Translations under genes and position numbers: made by a program
Notes under the pieces: model-generated
The model's input: the letters and a program-made list of their open reading frames with translations, nothing else
What the model was told of the DNA's origin: nothing
Database searches by the model: none
Assembly: GCF_006345805.1 (NCBI RefSeq)
Contig: NC_043007.1
Location: forward strand, 27,218,001-27,282,000
Reading direction: 5' to 3'
Length of the DNA: 64,000 bases
Source: Octopus sinensis
Taxonomy: Eukaryota
Part shown: positions 28,879 through 43,187 of the stretch, one piece after another
How the letters are laid out: each line of letters starts with the position of its first letter
Position numbering within the stretch: position 1 is the first letter of the stretch

Positions 28879-31336
28879 ACACAGAATATCTGGAAATGAG
28901 CTAAGGCACAACTGACTGCGGTGGAATTTGAACCCAGAGATAACAAGCCAGAAAGCACTGCAATGCATTCTTTCCGATGCTCTAACGATTGACTGCTATC
29001 AGCGTCCATTCGTGTCCTGGCCGTCGATTCAGATTTAATAAATCTGAATAAAAAAAGAAGGCATACGGTTGGAAACAATTTGACTATTGGTGCACCATGG
29101 AAGTGACCTCTAGCCAAACAACAATACCAACAGCATTTTACTCTATCGTATAATGAAGAATTTCTCTCCGCAAAATCGTGGTTTCTGTATCAGGCCTACT
29201 AAGCGAGATCTTATGCAAGAATCTTCTGTTATATCCCCGGTCCAGCCTGTGTTTACTGAGTGAATGTTGCTAAGCATCATATACATATGCTTGTGTGTCT
29301 GTGTGAATGTCAGTGTTGCTATTTTTGTGCGTGTCCCCATAAATTTTGACAACAGTGTTGGTTTGTATCCAAATTAGAGGTTCGGAAAAAAAAAACTACA
29401 AAAAAATTCCCCAAAATACCCAGCTGGAATAAGTAGCGGACGACTAGTTACCATTTGTTTGACTAAACTCTTCAAAGACTTACCCCAACATTTTCGCACT
29501 CCAGTGATTGAAACAAACCGAAGAAATCAAAGGATATGTCTCCAATTGGATTTTGTGCTGATGCAGATTTTTGCCTTAGAAATTACACTGTTATCTATAT
29601 TGATCAGAATAATGATTTCTGTCGTCTGCTTCTCACAATAAATGGATGCAACGATCGCCTGTTTATACAAAGCTTCAGTGAGATATGTCGACACTATTAC
29701 CAATTTGTGCTTGCGTGCTAAGGTGATCTTTTTTCTTCGCTGATCATGTTCTTCTCTCCGTAGTATGTATTTACTTGTTTTATTGTATTTTTATAATTCG
29801 CCCACTTATGTGAATCAACAAACCGGAATATGAAGAGAATGCCGATAAAGGATATAATTTCAGATAGCTAGACCTATCGATAGAGTTGAAGATAAATAAA
29901 CAAAATGAAGAGAAATAGTGAGAGATGGAGAGAGGCACAGATGTTGCCAAGTATCTTTGTAGATTTATAAACGCATGCGGCTAAATAAACAGGTACATAC
30001 AAACATACATATATACATATGTATATACAAATAGCACTCGTACACACAGACCCTCTCTCAGTCTCTTACTCACACATATATACGCGATTCTTCGTATTGT
30101 GGTATAGGCATATATCCTGTGGGTTATATCGTTCAGAAAATGGGAATATAGATATCAAAATTACTACTTCAACAAAGTCCTTTATATCAAAGAATAATGA
30201 TGTATGATTGAAGATTGAGCATAGCGTATATGAAAATATTCCCCTTAACTTTTCATATTTGAGGCAGTGTCACACCCGTAGCTCTATATCCCTCACAACC
30301 ACCGACACGAACACACACACATGTTCTGACTCATACACTCCACTACACATATATTTTATCTTTTGCTTGTTCCAGTCATTGGACTGCGACCATGCTGGAC
30401 CACGCCCTGGAAGGGTTTCATCCGATAAATCGAACACAGCACTAAATTTTCACACTGGTTCTTATTATACTGGCATATTTGCAAAAGGTAACAGGACGTC
30501 AACAAACAATCACTGATTGTCAAGCAATGGAGAGCAGAAAAAGAGGAAGCACACGTACACACATGTGCACACACACATGCACACACGTGCACACACATGT
30601 GGACACACACGTGCACACACACACGTGCACACACACACGTGCACACACACATACACACAGAAATATGAAGGTTTGGCGTTGGAAACAAGAAAATAGAGCT
30701 CAAAACACGTGTACATAAATGTGTCTGTGTGTATGTGTTTGCGCGTCTATGTGTGTGTTGTGTGTTTGTGTGTGTATTGTGTCTAATTTGAAAAATATTA
30801 AGCTTATCACCGTTTAGGAATGCCTCCGCTCATGATAGATGTAGATTTTATATATATTTAAAAAAATCTATGATCTTTCAGAATTCGTAAACAGCATCCA
30901 TATATTTACCATTTCCGATTCTAGGTAAAAATGCATATATATTAAAAATTTACAGCATATTTATACAGGTTAAAATTAAAGGAATACATAAATAGAAGAA
31001 AATCAACAGAGAAAAGAAAAAAAAAAAGAAGCACAGAAGAACAATATAGCATGAAATATTTAAAAATTGGTGATAGAAAATTTCTAGAAGGCTCAAAACG
31101 AAATCAATAATTCAAATGGATGTCGAGATTTTGATAAAATTTACTTTCTGAATTTCGTAGAATTTAACGTTGGAATCCTAAACGAGAAATGTGTGATTCA
31201 ATAAATTTGATTGGCATGGGAGAAAAAAGAAAAACATACTGAGAACGTTGAAAATGTGAAGGAATGTATTGGAAGAAATATATATATATATACATGTATA
31301 CAAAACAGATTTACATTCAGAAATATATATACATAT

Positions 31337-31470
<134 letters not shown>

Positions 31471-31621
31471 CAAGCATGGATGTGCAGTTTTTATCCCCAT
31501 GCATTTGCGTTCTGTCTAATTGCGCTGCATATTGGTAAAGTTTTTCTGTACGTTAAACTTTGATCAACCAATGCCTTGTTAAAGAAGAATTTCTTTACCT
31601 GAAACTGTGTGGAGACCAGCC

Positions 31622-31815
<194 letters not shown>

Positions 31816-31873
31816 ATACACGTAAATGTCGAACGATAAAAATGTGTGCTCAATGCAGACTTTGGTGGATATT

Positions 31874-32001
31874 ACATCGAAAAATACCTTATACCTTAGG
31901 AATGAGAAATCATGTTCGAAATTTCTGGAGTGTATATCAGCCGAAACGTTGTGTTAACAACAAACAAGATGGGACAAATATCTGCCAAATATAAATAATG
32001 C
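31874..32001 (+). mobile_element. Second truncated copy of the 60207 family, carrying the 3' half of the hammerhead
   Basis: ACATCGAAAAATACCTT...CTGGAGTGTATATCAGCC-GAAA-CGTT-GTGTTAACAACAAACAAGATG matches 60322-60450. Confidence 0.75.
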
Positions 32002-32043
32002 GTATATATATAAATATATATATATATATATCTGAATGTATGC

Positions 32044-32074
<31 letters not shown>

Positions 32075-32079
32075 TCTGC

Positions 32080-32530
32080 AGAGGCCATTCGGGATCCCGT
32101 ATGCAGGACATAATTGGTCCCTCATGGTGCTTCTCCAACACCTACTCCACCTCTCCACCCCAGTAGAAGACAAGTAATTATTCCTCTTCAAGGGACGAAG
32201 TAGTCACTTCCACCGTCGGTGGCACAATTCTCACCGACGAGGTTCCGAGACATTCCGGTATTGTGTTACCATCTGCCGGTAATGTCCTGTTTCTCTTTTT
32301 CTTCCACTTCTTTCCCTCTTAACTGAGGAAGGGTGGGTTTCTTCCGTGACCGGGAGACCAACTGCTCCAGGACCTTGATGGCAGTTCATTTGTGAATGGT
32401 CAGGTTCCAGACACCGATGACACATGGATGATCGACCCTCAAGAATTACCGGGTACCTGCTCCCAGCCATAGTTAAAATGTCTGGAAAGACTAACACCTT
32501 TACTCGGCCAACAGGGTCAAAATAACTTTT
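32080..32530 (-). mobile_element. L1/Tx1-like ORF1 (gag-like) fragment
   Basis: ORF 32231-32497 has VILEGRSSM followed by CHRCLEPDHSQMNC, an exact CX2CX4HX4C knuckle (32381-32422). Confidence 0.6.
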
Positions 32531-32669
32531 GACATATATATATTATTTGTATTATATCTTTCATTTACTGCCGACTGAAGCTGCGCTTGCGCGATGATTA
32601 TAATAAAATTATAGCATATAATGAAAGACACGTGTTGTTTGTCTCTAATTATATGTTAATTGTTAACGC

Positions 32670-32742
32670 ACGGTTACTGATGAAGATTTGCCTAGCAAAT
32701 TATTTTATTTGCTGAAGAAATCTGAAACCTAGATATAACCGT
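32670..32742 (+). ncRNA. Type I hammerhead ribozyme, solitary, one stem III mismatch
   Basis: ACGGTTA/TAACCGT stem I (7 bp); CTGATGA 32677-83; stem II AGATTT..TAGCAAAT/ATTTGCTG..AAATCT; GAAA 32724-27; CCTAGA (near-palindrome of CCTAGG); TA 32734-35. Confidence 0.8.
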
Positions 32743-34106
32743 AATAAAATAAAAAGGTAAAAGTTTTTATTTTTCATTCCCTTCCAAAATTGCTCTTAAA
32801 TGTGGTTTTGATCGTTTTTACTGCTTCTTCTAGCGTGTAAAAATTAGCTGTTAAGGGTAGTTTTCTCTTGTGTTTAAATGTACAATATTTTATATTGAGA
32901 ATATGTTGTCTATTGACTTTTTATACGTGTTAGACCACTGGTGGGGAAAATGTCTAAAAATATTCGCCATCCTATATATTTTACGAATATGTACGTGTGT
33001 ATGTCGGTACGTTCGGTCCATAGCAATAATAGAAAACAGCCATCTAAGGTACCACGCAGTGAGTCTGAACCCAGAACCATATGGCTGAGAAGCAAGTTTC
33101 TTACCACACGCCCACACCTGCGCCTGTTAGATAACATTCGTGTAACTTCTTTGCTCAAACCCTGCCTACGCAGGATTTTCTCTAGTTCTAGATGCTTCCC
33201 AGAGCGATAAAACAAGTATCAGATAAGTACTGCGCTGGATATAGTCGATATTTCCATTGACAGCAGTGGTCCTGGCGCTATATAGCCATAATCCAGTGAT
33301 TGAAACCAGAGAAGTCTCAAACGTAAAAACAAAAAAAAAATCAGAGAAAAATACCAAAAAATAAAACAGATATGAACAATTGTTGAGAGGACATCACGTA
33401 ACATTGTGTTGATCAGAAATCGAAAATACATCCGGCATACAGTATTGACGAGAAATGTTCTATCGTTAAATCCGAGACGTTTGTATTAAGGGGAGAAGAT
33501 AAGAAACGAGTAAATAAAGTTCTCTCAAACAACGATGGGGTTCAGTTTCGTCTTATTTTACGCCATTTTTTTCTTCATATTTTCGGGAAACTGATATGGT
33601 TTCATGAAAAGAACGATATATTTGTAGGTAGAAATCAATAGAAAGTTTCATCGTATACTACGTATCTTCTGTTTTAAGGTTAGATACGCTGTGTTATGCA
33701 TAAATGCATACATATGTGTACCACACAGGCTTGTGAAAAATGTAAACCTCTCACGCACAAGATCTCAACGGCAGACAAAATCTCAGTGAACGGCCTACGT
33801 TTAATTGTTTCCCTGTACGTACGCATGCTTGTGTGAGGTTCTGAGCGTGTGTGTGTGTGTGTGTGTGGTGTGTGGTGTGTGTGTGTGAATGTGTGTGAGT
33901 GTGTGTTAATATGTGCGTGTTTGTGAGTATTTAAATGTGTGTGAATGTGTGTGAGAGAATGTGTATGAATATGTGTGTGCGTTTGTGTATGTAAATGTTT
34001 ATGTAAGTGTGTGTCTAAATGTGTGTGAATGTGTGTCAGTGTGTGTGAATGTGTGCGTGTGTGTACGTGCGTGTTTGTGCGTGTGTGTGAGTATGTTTGA
34101 ACGTGT

Positions 34107-35030
34107 GTGAATGTGTGTGTATTTATGTGAATGTGTGTGTATTTATTTGAATGTGTGTGTATTTATGTGAATGTGTGTGTATTTATTTGAATGTGTGTGT
34201 ATTTATGTGAATGTGTGTGTATTTATTTGAATGTGTGTGTATTTATGTGAATGTGTGTGTATTTATTTGAATGTGTGTGTATTTATGTGAATGTGTGTGT
34301 ATTTATTTGAATGTGTGTGTATTTATGTGAATGTGTGTGTATTTATGTGAATGTGTGTGTATTTATTTGAATGTGTGTGTGTATTTATTTGAATGTGTGT
34401 GTATTTATTGAATGTGTGTGTATTTATTTAAATGTGTGTGAATGTGTGTGTATTATGTGAATGTGTGTGTATTTATTGAATGTGTGTGTATTTATGTGAA
34501 TGTGTGTGTATTTATTTGAATGTGTGTGTATTTATGTGAATGGTGTGTATTTATGTGAATGTGTGTGTATTTATTTGAATGTGTGTGTATTTATGTGAAT
34601 GTGTGTGTATTATTTGAATGTGTGTGCATTTATGTGAATGTGTGTGTATTATGTGAATGGTGTGTATTTATTTGAATGTGTGTGTATTTATGTGAATGTG
34701 TGTGTATTATTGAATGTGTGTGGTATTTATTTGAATGTGTGTGTATTTATTTGAATGTGTGTGTATTTATTTGAATGTGTGTGTATTTATGTGAATGTGT
34801 GTGTATTTATTTGAATGTGTGTGTATTTATGTGAATGTGTGTGTATTTATTTGAATGTGTGTGTATTTATGTGAATGTGTGTGTATTTATTTGAATGTGT
34901 GTGTATTTATTTGAATGTGTGTGTATTTATTTGAATGTGTGTGTATTTATGTGAATCTGTGTGTATTTATTTGAATGTGTGTGTATTTATTTGAATGTGT
35001 GTGTATTTATGTGGATGTGTGTGTGAATGT
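34107..35030. repeat. 20-bp minisatellite TGAATGTGTGTGTATTTAT(G/T), about 45 copies
   Basis: Directly visible; grades into degenerate (TG)n on both sides. Confidence 0.95.
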
Positions 35031-35324
35031 GTGTATGAACTAGAGTGAGTGTTTGTGAACGTATGTGAGTGTGTGAATATGCGTTTCGCGCTTGTGTGTG
35101 CATTTGTATGTGCGTGTGTGTGCATTTGTATGTGCGTGTGTTTGTCTCACAGAGACACACACACTTGAAGTGGATTGAAAGACAATGGTGATATAATTGG
35201 TGGGTAGAGAGATGGAATTAAGACTGATGACTTTTCATAATATTTAATTAAAACTGGAACGTCATTCTGTATTATATGGAAATCATTTTACAAAATGAAT
35301 AGAGATTATTTCAGTGTTGCTTTA

Positions 35325-35838
<514 letters not shown>

Positions 35839-36329
35839 TGTTTAATTCGCCATCTCATCTGTCAAAAAATTGACTATTTACTGTGGCAATTATACTAATT
35901 AGATAATCACGTGTAAATGCAACTAGCTGAGTAGGTACATAAGAAGATATCGGTAAGATTAACCACTTTATAAAAATAGGATTTCCTAACTAGTTATGTA
36001 ATAAATTATTAGTTATATTCATTAGTTTACTAATTTCAAGTTGTAAATATTTAATGATTTATGATTATGATTGGTATTTATGAGTTGAGAAATAAACCAC
36101 TTATATATTGCAACGCATTTATATACTTAATTATTTTCACTGAATTATTATTCCTAATTAATAAATTATTTGCGTTCTTGAAAATATGTTTAGCTAATTA
36201 TTTCTGATTCGTATATCGGATTATGTTGACTTTATATGGTAACCGAAGTTTGCTGCTTTATGTGAAAGTTAGGTTGGTTTATACATCTGTGTGAACGATT
36301 CAATACTGCTTCTTCGAAAATGGTTTTAA

Positions 36330-37090
36330 GTTTTGGAACTAGGGCAGCAATGTGTTGGTTAGGCACACGCCTATTACATCGTCCCCGGAGATAAACTGGT
36401 ACTTAATTCATCGCCCCTTAACGGATGAAAGTCAAAGTCGACATCGGTGGAATTTGATCTCAGACCACTAACACGGACGAAATGGCGCTAAGTATCTTTC
36501 CCGGCTTGCCAACAATTCTTTTCTAGTCTAGGCACAAGGACTGAAGTTTGTGGGGAGGGCTAAGTCGAATAGATTAACCCCAGTACACAACTGGTACTGT
36601 ATTTACCGACTCCAAAAGGATGAAATGTACAGTCGACCTCGGCGGAATTTGAATTCAGATAGTAGAGATAGACGAAATACCATTAAGCATTACGCCTAGA
36701 GTTCTAAGGATTCTTTTCTCCTATAGGCACAGGGCCTAAAATTTGGAGGGAGGGGGCCAGTCGAATATATTGACCCCAGTACACAAGTGGTACTTAATTT
36801 ATCGATCTCGAAATGATGAAAAGCAAAGTCGAACTCGGCGGAAATTGAACAGAGGAAATAATATTAAGCATTACGCCCGCCGTTCTAACGATTGTTTTCT
36901 ACTCTAGGCACAAGGCCTAAAATTTGGTGGAGACGGGGCCAATCGATTAGATCGACCCCAGTACAACACTGGTACTTAATTCATCGACGCCTAAAGGATT
37001 AAAGACAAAATCAACCTTGGCCAAATTTGACCTCAGACCGTATAGACGGATAAAACGCTGTTAAATATGTAGTCCGGCGTGCTAACGATA
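36330..37090 (-). mobile_element. SINE family C, four diverged tandem units
   Basis: Core CTGGTACTTAATTYATCG repeated at about 36396, 36591, 36788 and 36969. Confidence 0.82.
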
Positions 37091-38269
37091 TGAATGGGAT
37101 TTAACGAATGGAAAGGAGTTTCACTTCGTGACCCATTTTGCCGCAATGCCATATGACCTTCCCTAGTCTCAGAAACGGATATATAATGTTTTTAATCGAG
37201 ATATATATCATTCCCAGTCACATTCGTATTTACCACTCACCGATATTTTGTGCTAGTACGGTGGCAAAAAGCAAAGAATCAGACAGACATTACTATACAG
37301 CTTCTGTTGATGGACTAAGCACTGTCCATCATGAAATCTGGGTATTTTGGATGCCCTCCTCTAAAGCTATATCGTTTTACTAGACATTCAAAATGTGAGT
37401 CAGAGGAGGAATTTCTAATCAACAAAATGGCGTTTCTTGTGACACAGTCGTGAAATTTCGATCCACACACCATTCTACGTTTAGAACTAGAACATCTTTA
37501 TGTGCCATAACATTTGGAAATTTCAGTGAAGAAAAATATTTTCTGCAAATTTCTATGTATACGACCCCCCCCCCCAACCCCATGTGCACATAACTGTTTG
37601 TTATTTTTAATGCTTTTGTTTTTCAAAATGTTGAAAATTTCCTGCGTAATTTGCGTAGAATTTTTTTTCTCCGCTGTCATTAGGGTGCAACTATTTTTGC
37701 TTGCCCTTGAGACATGTCTGGTTGTTATTTTGTTTCTATAATTTCAAAAGTCATCAGAACATCTTAATTAGGTCTATCATTAGGATTTTGAGAAATATAA
37801 CAACGCAGGATGAATAACAAAAGAAACATAACATCAAACCAACGACAAGAGATAGAATTTCCTATTGACTGTGATCCGTGTTGCTCATTCGTTTATTTCA
37901 ACAAGATTTAGTTAGCTGCTAATAGAATCGCCGTAAACAGTTTTACAGAATAGTTAAGATTTATTATTAATTCCTAATGTTGTAACATAATTTGTTACGT
38001 ACGATAAATACGTAACCAGACAACAGTAAAAACATTGTGAAGAACTAATAAATCTCTTCACGAATCAACAATCAATATTCTTTGTGAACTAACCAACCGA
38101 CATCTTCCGACTTCAGCGCGAACACGAACTACGTTCCACTCTGAACCCTGAATCTCACTCGGTTCGTTGATCGTTATACTTTACTCAGACCAGTTTATCT
38201 CTCGCAAGGGGACGTCGTACTCTCATCATACCACCTAAAGTTGGCATAAGGCAAACTCTTTTGCTAGAA

Positions 38270-38480
38270 GTTGCGTAATTCTTTTCTACTCTAGGCACAA
38301 AGCACGGACTTTTGGGGGAAGGGGTCAGTCGATTAGATCAACCCTAGTACGCAACTGGTTTTTAATATATCGACCACGAAAGGATGAAAGACAAAGTCGA
38401 CCTCGGTGGAATTTGAAATTAGAACTTAAGGAGAGGCGAAATACCTAGCGGTGAAATACAGCTAGGCATTTCACCAGGAA
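38270..38480 (-). mobile_element. SINE family C
   Basis: Core match. Confidence 0.8.
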
Positions 38481-39918
38481 GCAATCTAATTCACGTCGTT
38501 GACAATACTCTGCTGGTACATCATTTATTGACGAATACAGAAAAGAAGTTAAATTCGCAAGATTAATTGAAAATATTTCATAAGGTGGTGTAATGCAGTT
38601 GTTTTTGATGCCTATTATCGGAGCTACTGGTATCAAGTGGTTGTATGATCAAAGTGATTTTGAGTTATGAAAATCCTGAGTTTAAAATATTCGTTGTTTG
38701 TCGGACACATCACTTTAGAAACACCGGTTAACTTCTGATCGCCGAGGTCAAGCCACGCTAATCTGAATTATTACGTTAATGGGTTCATCGTGTGAGAAAC
38801 GTAAATTTTCAAGCAAATCTCCATTAACATCAGCAAGCTCGACCCAAGGATAATAGTCATGATTCTAAATGGGAGAACATTACATGCCCTAAAATATAGT
38901 GTGTCTTCAATTTTACGAACAATACACAATGCTTCAAGCGAACTACAATACTCTCCTATTATTTGGCATGTTACTTTTTAAGGTGGTGGAATGAAATTTG
39001 AGGGAGACTTGGCTGCTATTCATGGTAAGTTAAGCGACTACGTAGAGGCGCATTTGTTGAATCATGTTTCTGGGTAGTAATGTAATCTATTATAGTGATA
39101 TAGTAAAGTACATGTGTTATAATGACTAGCAAGAGAAGTGTATGTCTAGAATAGAACAGGAGTTATGAGGTGAGAAGTTAAAATTTGGCGTACGGTGAAA
39201 TTAGGTACATATTAACAATCTGAGCGCAAGCTTTTATTTGGTAATTAAATCATCCCTTAGGACTGTCCCTAGGAACAGAGTGACTATAAATTGTGCTTCT
39301 GCCTGTTTATGATCAGAAAATATAAATAGATGTGTAAGTCAATGTAGTGCGAAATGCTATAACGATTTATGTATAGGATCGGGACCATTCATAGCAGAGA
39401 TCAATCTATCCATTAAGAACATCTACGGCAATTTGTATTCATTTTATCGAAGATGAAAGGAAAGATCTAAAGAATTATCCTCTACTTGGTTGCACAAACT
39501 GCTAGAAATGGGGAGCAAATGTTTCTCAAATCACACCCAAGCGTATTCAGAAAAGAGAGCGGATGTCATATAACAGTGTTCCACATACAATTGACAAGAT
39601 GGATCACGTGGTGTAGAAGAGTCTTTCCTATAAGTTTGCTCGTTTGGATTGATTTGGGGTTAAACGAAAAGTGGGAGCCAGGAGATACATAGATTTAGAA
39701 TTAAACGGCGGTAAATTAGAAATAAACGAGAAAATTGTGCAAGCAGTTTCAGATATGATATAATATAATACCTCTTAACTCTAGTCCAAATGAGTCCACT
39801 ACACACACTGAGCAACATCAATAATTATGCATCTACTCAACCAGCAATCGATCCACATGTGCATGCCACATGTCCCACTTTCCATACATATATATATATA
39901 TATACATGCATACATATA

Positions 39919-40150
39919 AGGCGGTGAGCTGGCAGAAACGTTAGCACGTCGGGTGAAATGCGTAGCCGTATTTCGTCTGCCGTTACGTTCTGAGTTCAAA
40001 TTCCGCCGATGTCGACTTTGCCTTGCATCGTTTCGGAGTCGATAAATAAAGTACCAGTTACGCACTGGGATCGATGTAATCGACTTAATCCCTTTGTCTG
40101 TCCTTGTTTGTCCCCTCTATGTTTAGCCCCTTGTGGGCAGTAACAGAAAT
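39919..40150 (+). mobile_element. SINE family C, full-length
   Basis: GGCGGTGAGCTGGCAGAAACG...GCCCCTTGTGGGCAGTAACAGAAAT. Confidence 0.88.
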
Positions 40151-40563
40151 ATATATATACATGCATACATAGATAGATACATGACTACGTATATTATCAT
40201 TTCTTTGGATCGCTAAAACATCGTTTACGTGTTCATCGATGTGGACCAGGCGAAAAAGCGAAAAGGCTGCGCAACCAGCCGTGCGATGGAATAACCAAGC
40301 TTGTGAATAATAGCAAGGAGTACATCGAAAAGCAGAGAGACTATGGCAAAAAATGATGCCATTTTTCAAACAGTGCTTCTGTTTTAATAGATGAGAGAAT
40401 CAAGAGCGCGAATAAGTTTTGACTTAACTTTGTATGTGTGTATGTATGTATGTATGTATGTATGTATGTATGTATGTATGTATGTATGTATTGTGTATGT
40501 ATGTATGTATGTATTATGTACGTATGTATGTATGTATGTATGTATGTATGTATGTATGTGTGC

Positions 40564-40610
<47 letters not shown>

Positions 40611-40819
40611 GGTTTGGAGATGATGTACAGGTATTTTATAATAGAAGAAATGAGGTACTCAGAAATTCGGATGGTTTTATATTTACAGATATTTATTTGT
40701 ATATTACATGTTTTTATACATCATATATCTTATATCATATATCATATATGAGCGCTTATGTCCATTCTGGTGGAGTTTTCAAATTGAACTAAGTTCAATT
40801 TGAAAACTCCACTAATTTG

Positions 40820-40893
<74 letters not shown>

Positions 40894-41386
40894 CGTATGT
40901 ATGTGTATATGTATACATGTTTTTGTATTTTTTGTATACCTATATCTCAATATATGCGTCATTATATTTGTATACATACATACACACACACACATGTCTG
41001 TTTTCTACCGGTTTTATGGACAGTACCAAGCATATATATTTTATATTTTGGATAATAAAAACATATCATAGCTTTGATCTTCAGAAGCGTTACATATTTT
41101 CAGATGTCTACGAGCTGTTTTACAATCCCCCATGGATAAATATTCCAATTCCTCTATCCACGGTGAAGCCGTAAATCGGATATTTCTTTTATATATATAT
41201 ATATTATATATATATATATATATATAATATATATATATTATATATATATCTGTGACACAATCGTTTCATTCACAAATTTGAATTCGGTGATACTAGTTGA
41301 GGATTCTAGCTCGCTCTGATACTGAGTTGAGTTGGTACCTCCTAGTATCTCAAAATTCAATATATAATCATTTATGATTATAGTAT

Positions 41387-41493
41387 TCCACGCTGAAGAG
41401 AAAAGAAGTTTCGGTAAGATAGAATTATTTAATATTTAATATTTTAATTCTTATGCTTTCCTAAAACTTGATTTCGAAACGTACGTCCGTGGA
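41387..41493 (+). ncRNA. Type I hammerhead ribozyme, array copy 1
   Basis: Stem I TCCACG(41387-92)/CGTGGA(41488-93); core CTGAAGA 41393-99; stem II GAAA..AAGTTT..AGAATTA / TAATTCT..AAACTT..TTTC (41400-41475); GAAA 41476-79; stem III C-GTAC-G (palindromic ACGTACGT); triplet GTC, predicted cut after 41487. Confidence 0.92.
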
Positions 41494-41986
41494 TAACTTT
41501 AAAAATGTTTGATAGATTGCGGTAATTCATTCTCTCTTACCTGTTTGTGTCAGCCTTCCAATTGCTGTTTTTACTGAGATCTCCCTTTTTAGTAGAAGAA
41601 ATAGCTATAACCCTTTGACTGCTATTTCTAAATTCGGTATGTGGTAAGGCAATTCGTTGCTGAACCCTTATTGCTTAGTATTACTTAAATTTTCCTCAAA
41701 TGAGGCTTTTACATGCCGAAGACTACTTGGTGTAATTGATAATTATTCCAAATTAATTAATTTCACCCTTCATTATTACGGATAACCATATTTTATCTCA
41801 GTAGATGACCACAGCATCTTGTTTTGGCTACACGCGGGTGGGAAGGGGCTGTTGACACAATCGTTTCATTCACAAATTTGAATTCGGTGATACTAGTTGA
41901 GGATTCTAGCTCGCTCTGATACTGAGTTGAGTTGGTACCTCCTAGTATCTCAAAATTCAATATATAATCATTTATGATTATAGTAT

Positions 41987-42093
41987 TCCACGCTGAAGAG
42001 AAAAGAAGTTTCGGTAAGATAGAATTATTTAATATTTAATATTTTAATTCTTATGCTTTCCTAAAACTTGATTTCGAAACGTACGTCCGTGGA
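41987..42093 (+). ncRNA. Hammerhead ribozyme, array copy 2
   Basis: Same as copy 1; CTGAAGA at 41993, cut after 42087. Confidence 0.92.
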
Positions 42094-42587
42094 TAACTTT
42101 AAAAATGTTTGATAGATTGCGGTTAATTCATTCTCTCTTACCTGTTTGTGTCAGCCTTCCAATTGCTGTTTTTACTGAGATCTCCCTTTTTAGTAGAAGA
42201 AATAGCTATAACCCTTTGACTGCTATTTCTAAATTCGGTATGTGGTAAGGCAATTCGTTGCTGAACCCTTATTGCTTAGTATTACTTAAATTTTCCTCAA
42301 ATGAGGCTTTTACATGCCGAAGACTACTTGGTGTAATTGATAATTATTCCAAATTAATTAATTTCACCCTTCATTATTACGGATAACCATATTTTATCTC
42401 AGTAGATGACCACAGCATCTTGTTTTGGCTACACGCGGGTGGGAAGGGGCTGTTGACACAATCGTTTCATTCACAAATTTGAATTCGGTGATACTAGTTG
42501 AGGATTCTAGCTCGCTCTGATACTGAGTTGAGTTGGTACCTCCTAGTATCTCAAAATTCAATATATAATCATTTATGATTATAGTAT

Positions 42588-42694
42588 TCCACGCTGAAGA
42601 GAAAAGAAGTTTCGGTAAGATAGAATTATTTAATATTTAATATTTTAATTCTTATGCTTTCCTAAAACTTGATTTCGAAACGTACGTCCGTGGA
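42588..42694 (+). ncRNA. Hammerhead ribozyme, array copy 3
   Basis: Same as copy 1; CTGAAGA at 42594, cut after 42688. Confidence 0.92.
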
Positions 42695-43187
42695 TAACTT
42701 TAAAAATGTTTGATAGATTGCGGTTAATTCATTCTCTCTTACCTGTTTGTGTCAGCCTTCCAATTGCTGTTTTTACTGAGATCTCCTTTTTAGTAGAAGA
42801 AATAGCTATAACCCTTTGACTGCTATTTCTAAATTCGGTATGTGGTAAGGCAATTCGTTGCTGAACCCTTATTGCTTAGTATTACTTAAATTTTCCTCAA
42901 ATGAGGCTTTTACATGCCGAAGACTACTTGGTGTAATTGATAATTATTCCAAATTAATTAATTTCACCCTTCATTATTACGGATAACCATATTTTATCTC
43001 AGTAGATGACCACAGCATCTTGTTTTGGCTACACGCGGGTGGGAAGGGGCTGTTGACACAATCGTTTCATTCACAAATTTGAATTCGGTGATACTAGTTG
43101 AGGATTCTAGCTCGCTCTGATACTGAGTTGAGTTGGTACCTCCTAGTATCTCAAAATTCAATATATAATCATTTATGATTATAGTAT

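Noticed and set aside
34107-35030. CRISPR-like regular repeats (also considered for the 600-bp array)
   Set aside because: No unique spacers, no cas genes, eukaryotic context
37733-37760. Minus-strand CTGATGA-CTTTT-GAAA
   Set aside because: No stem II and a poor stem I
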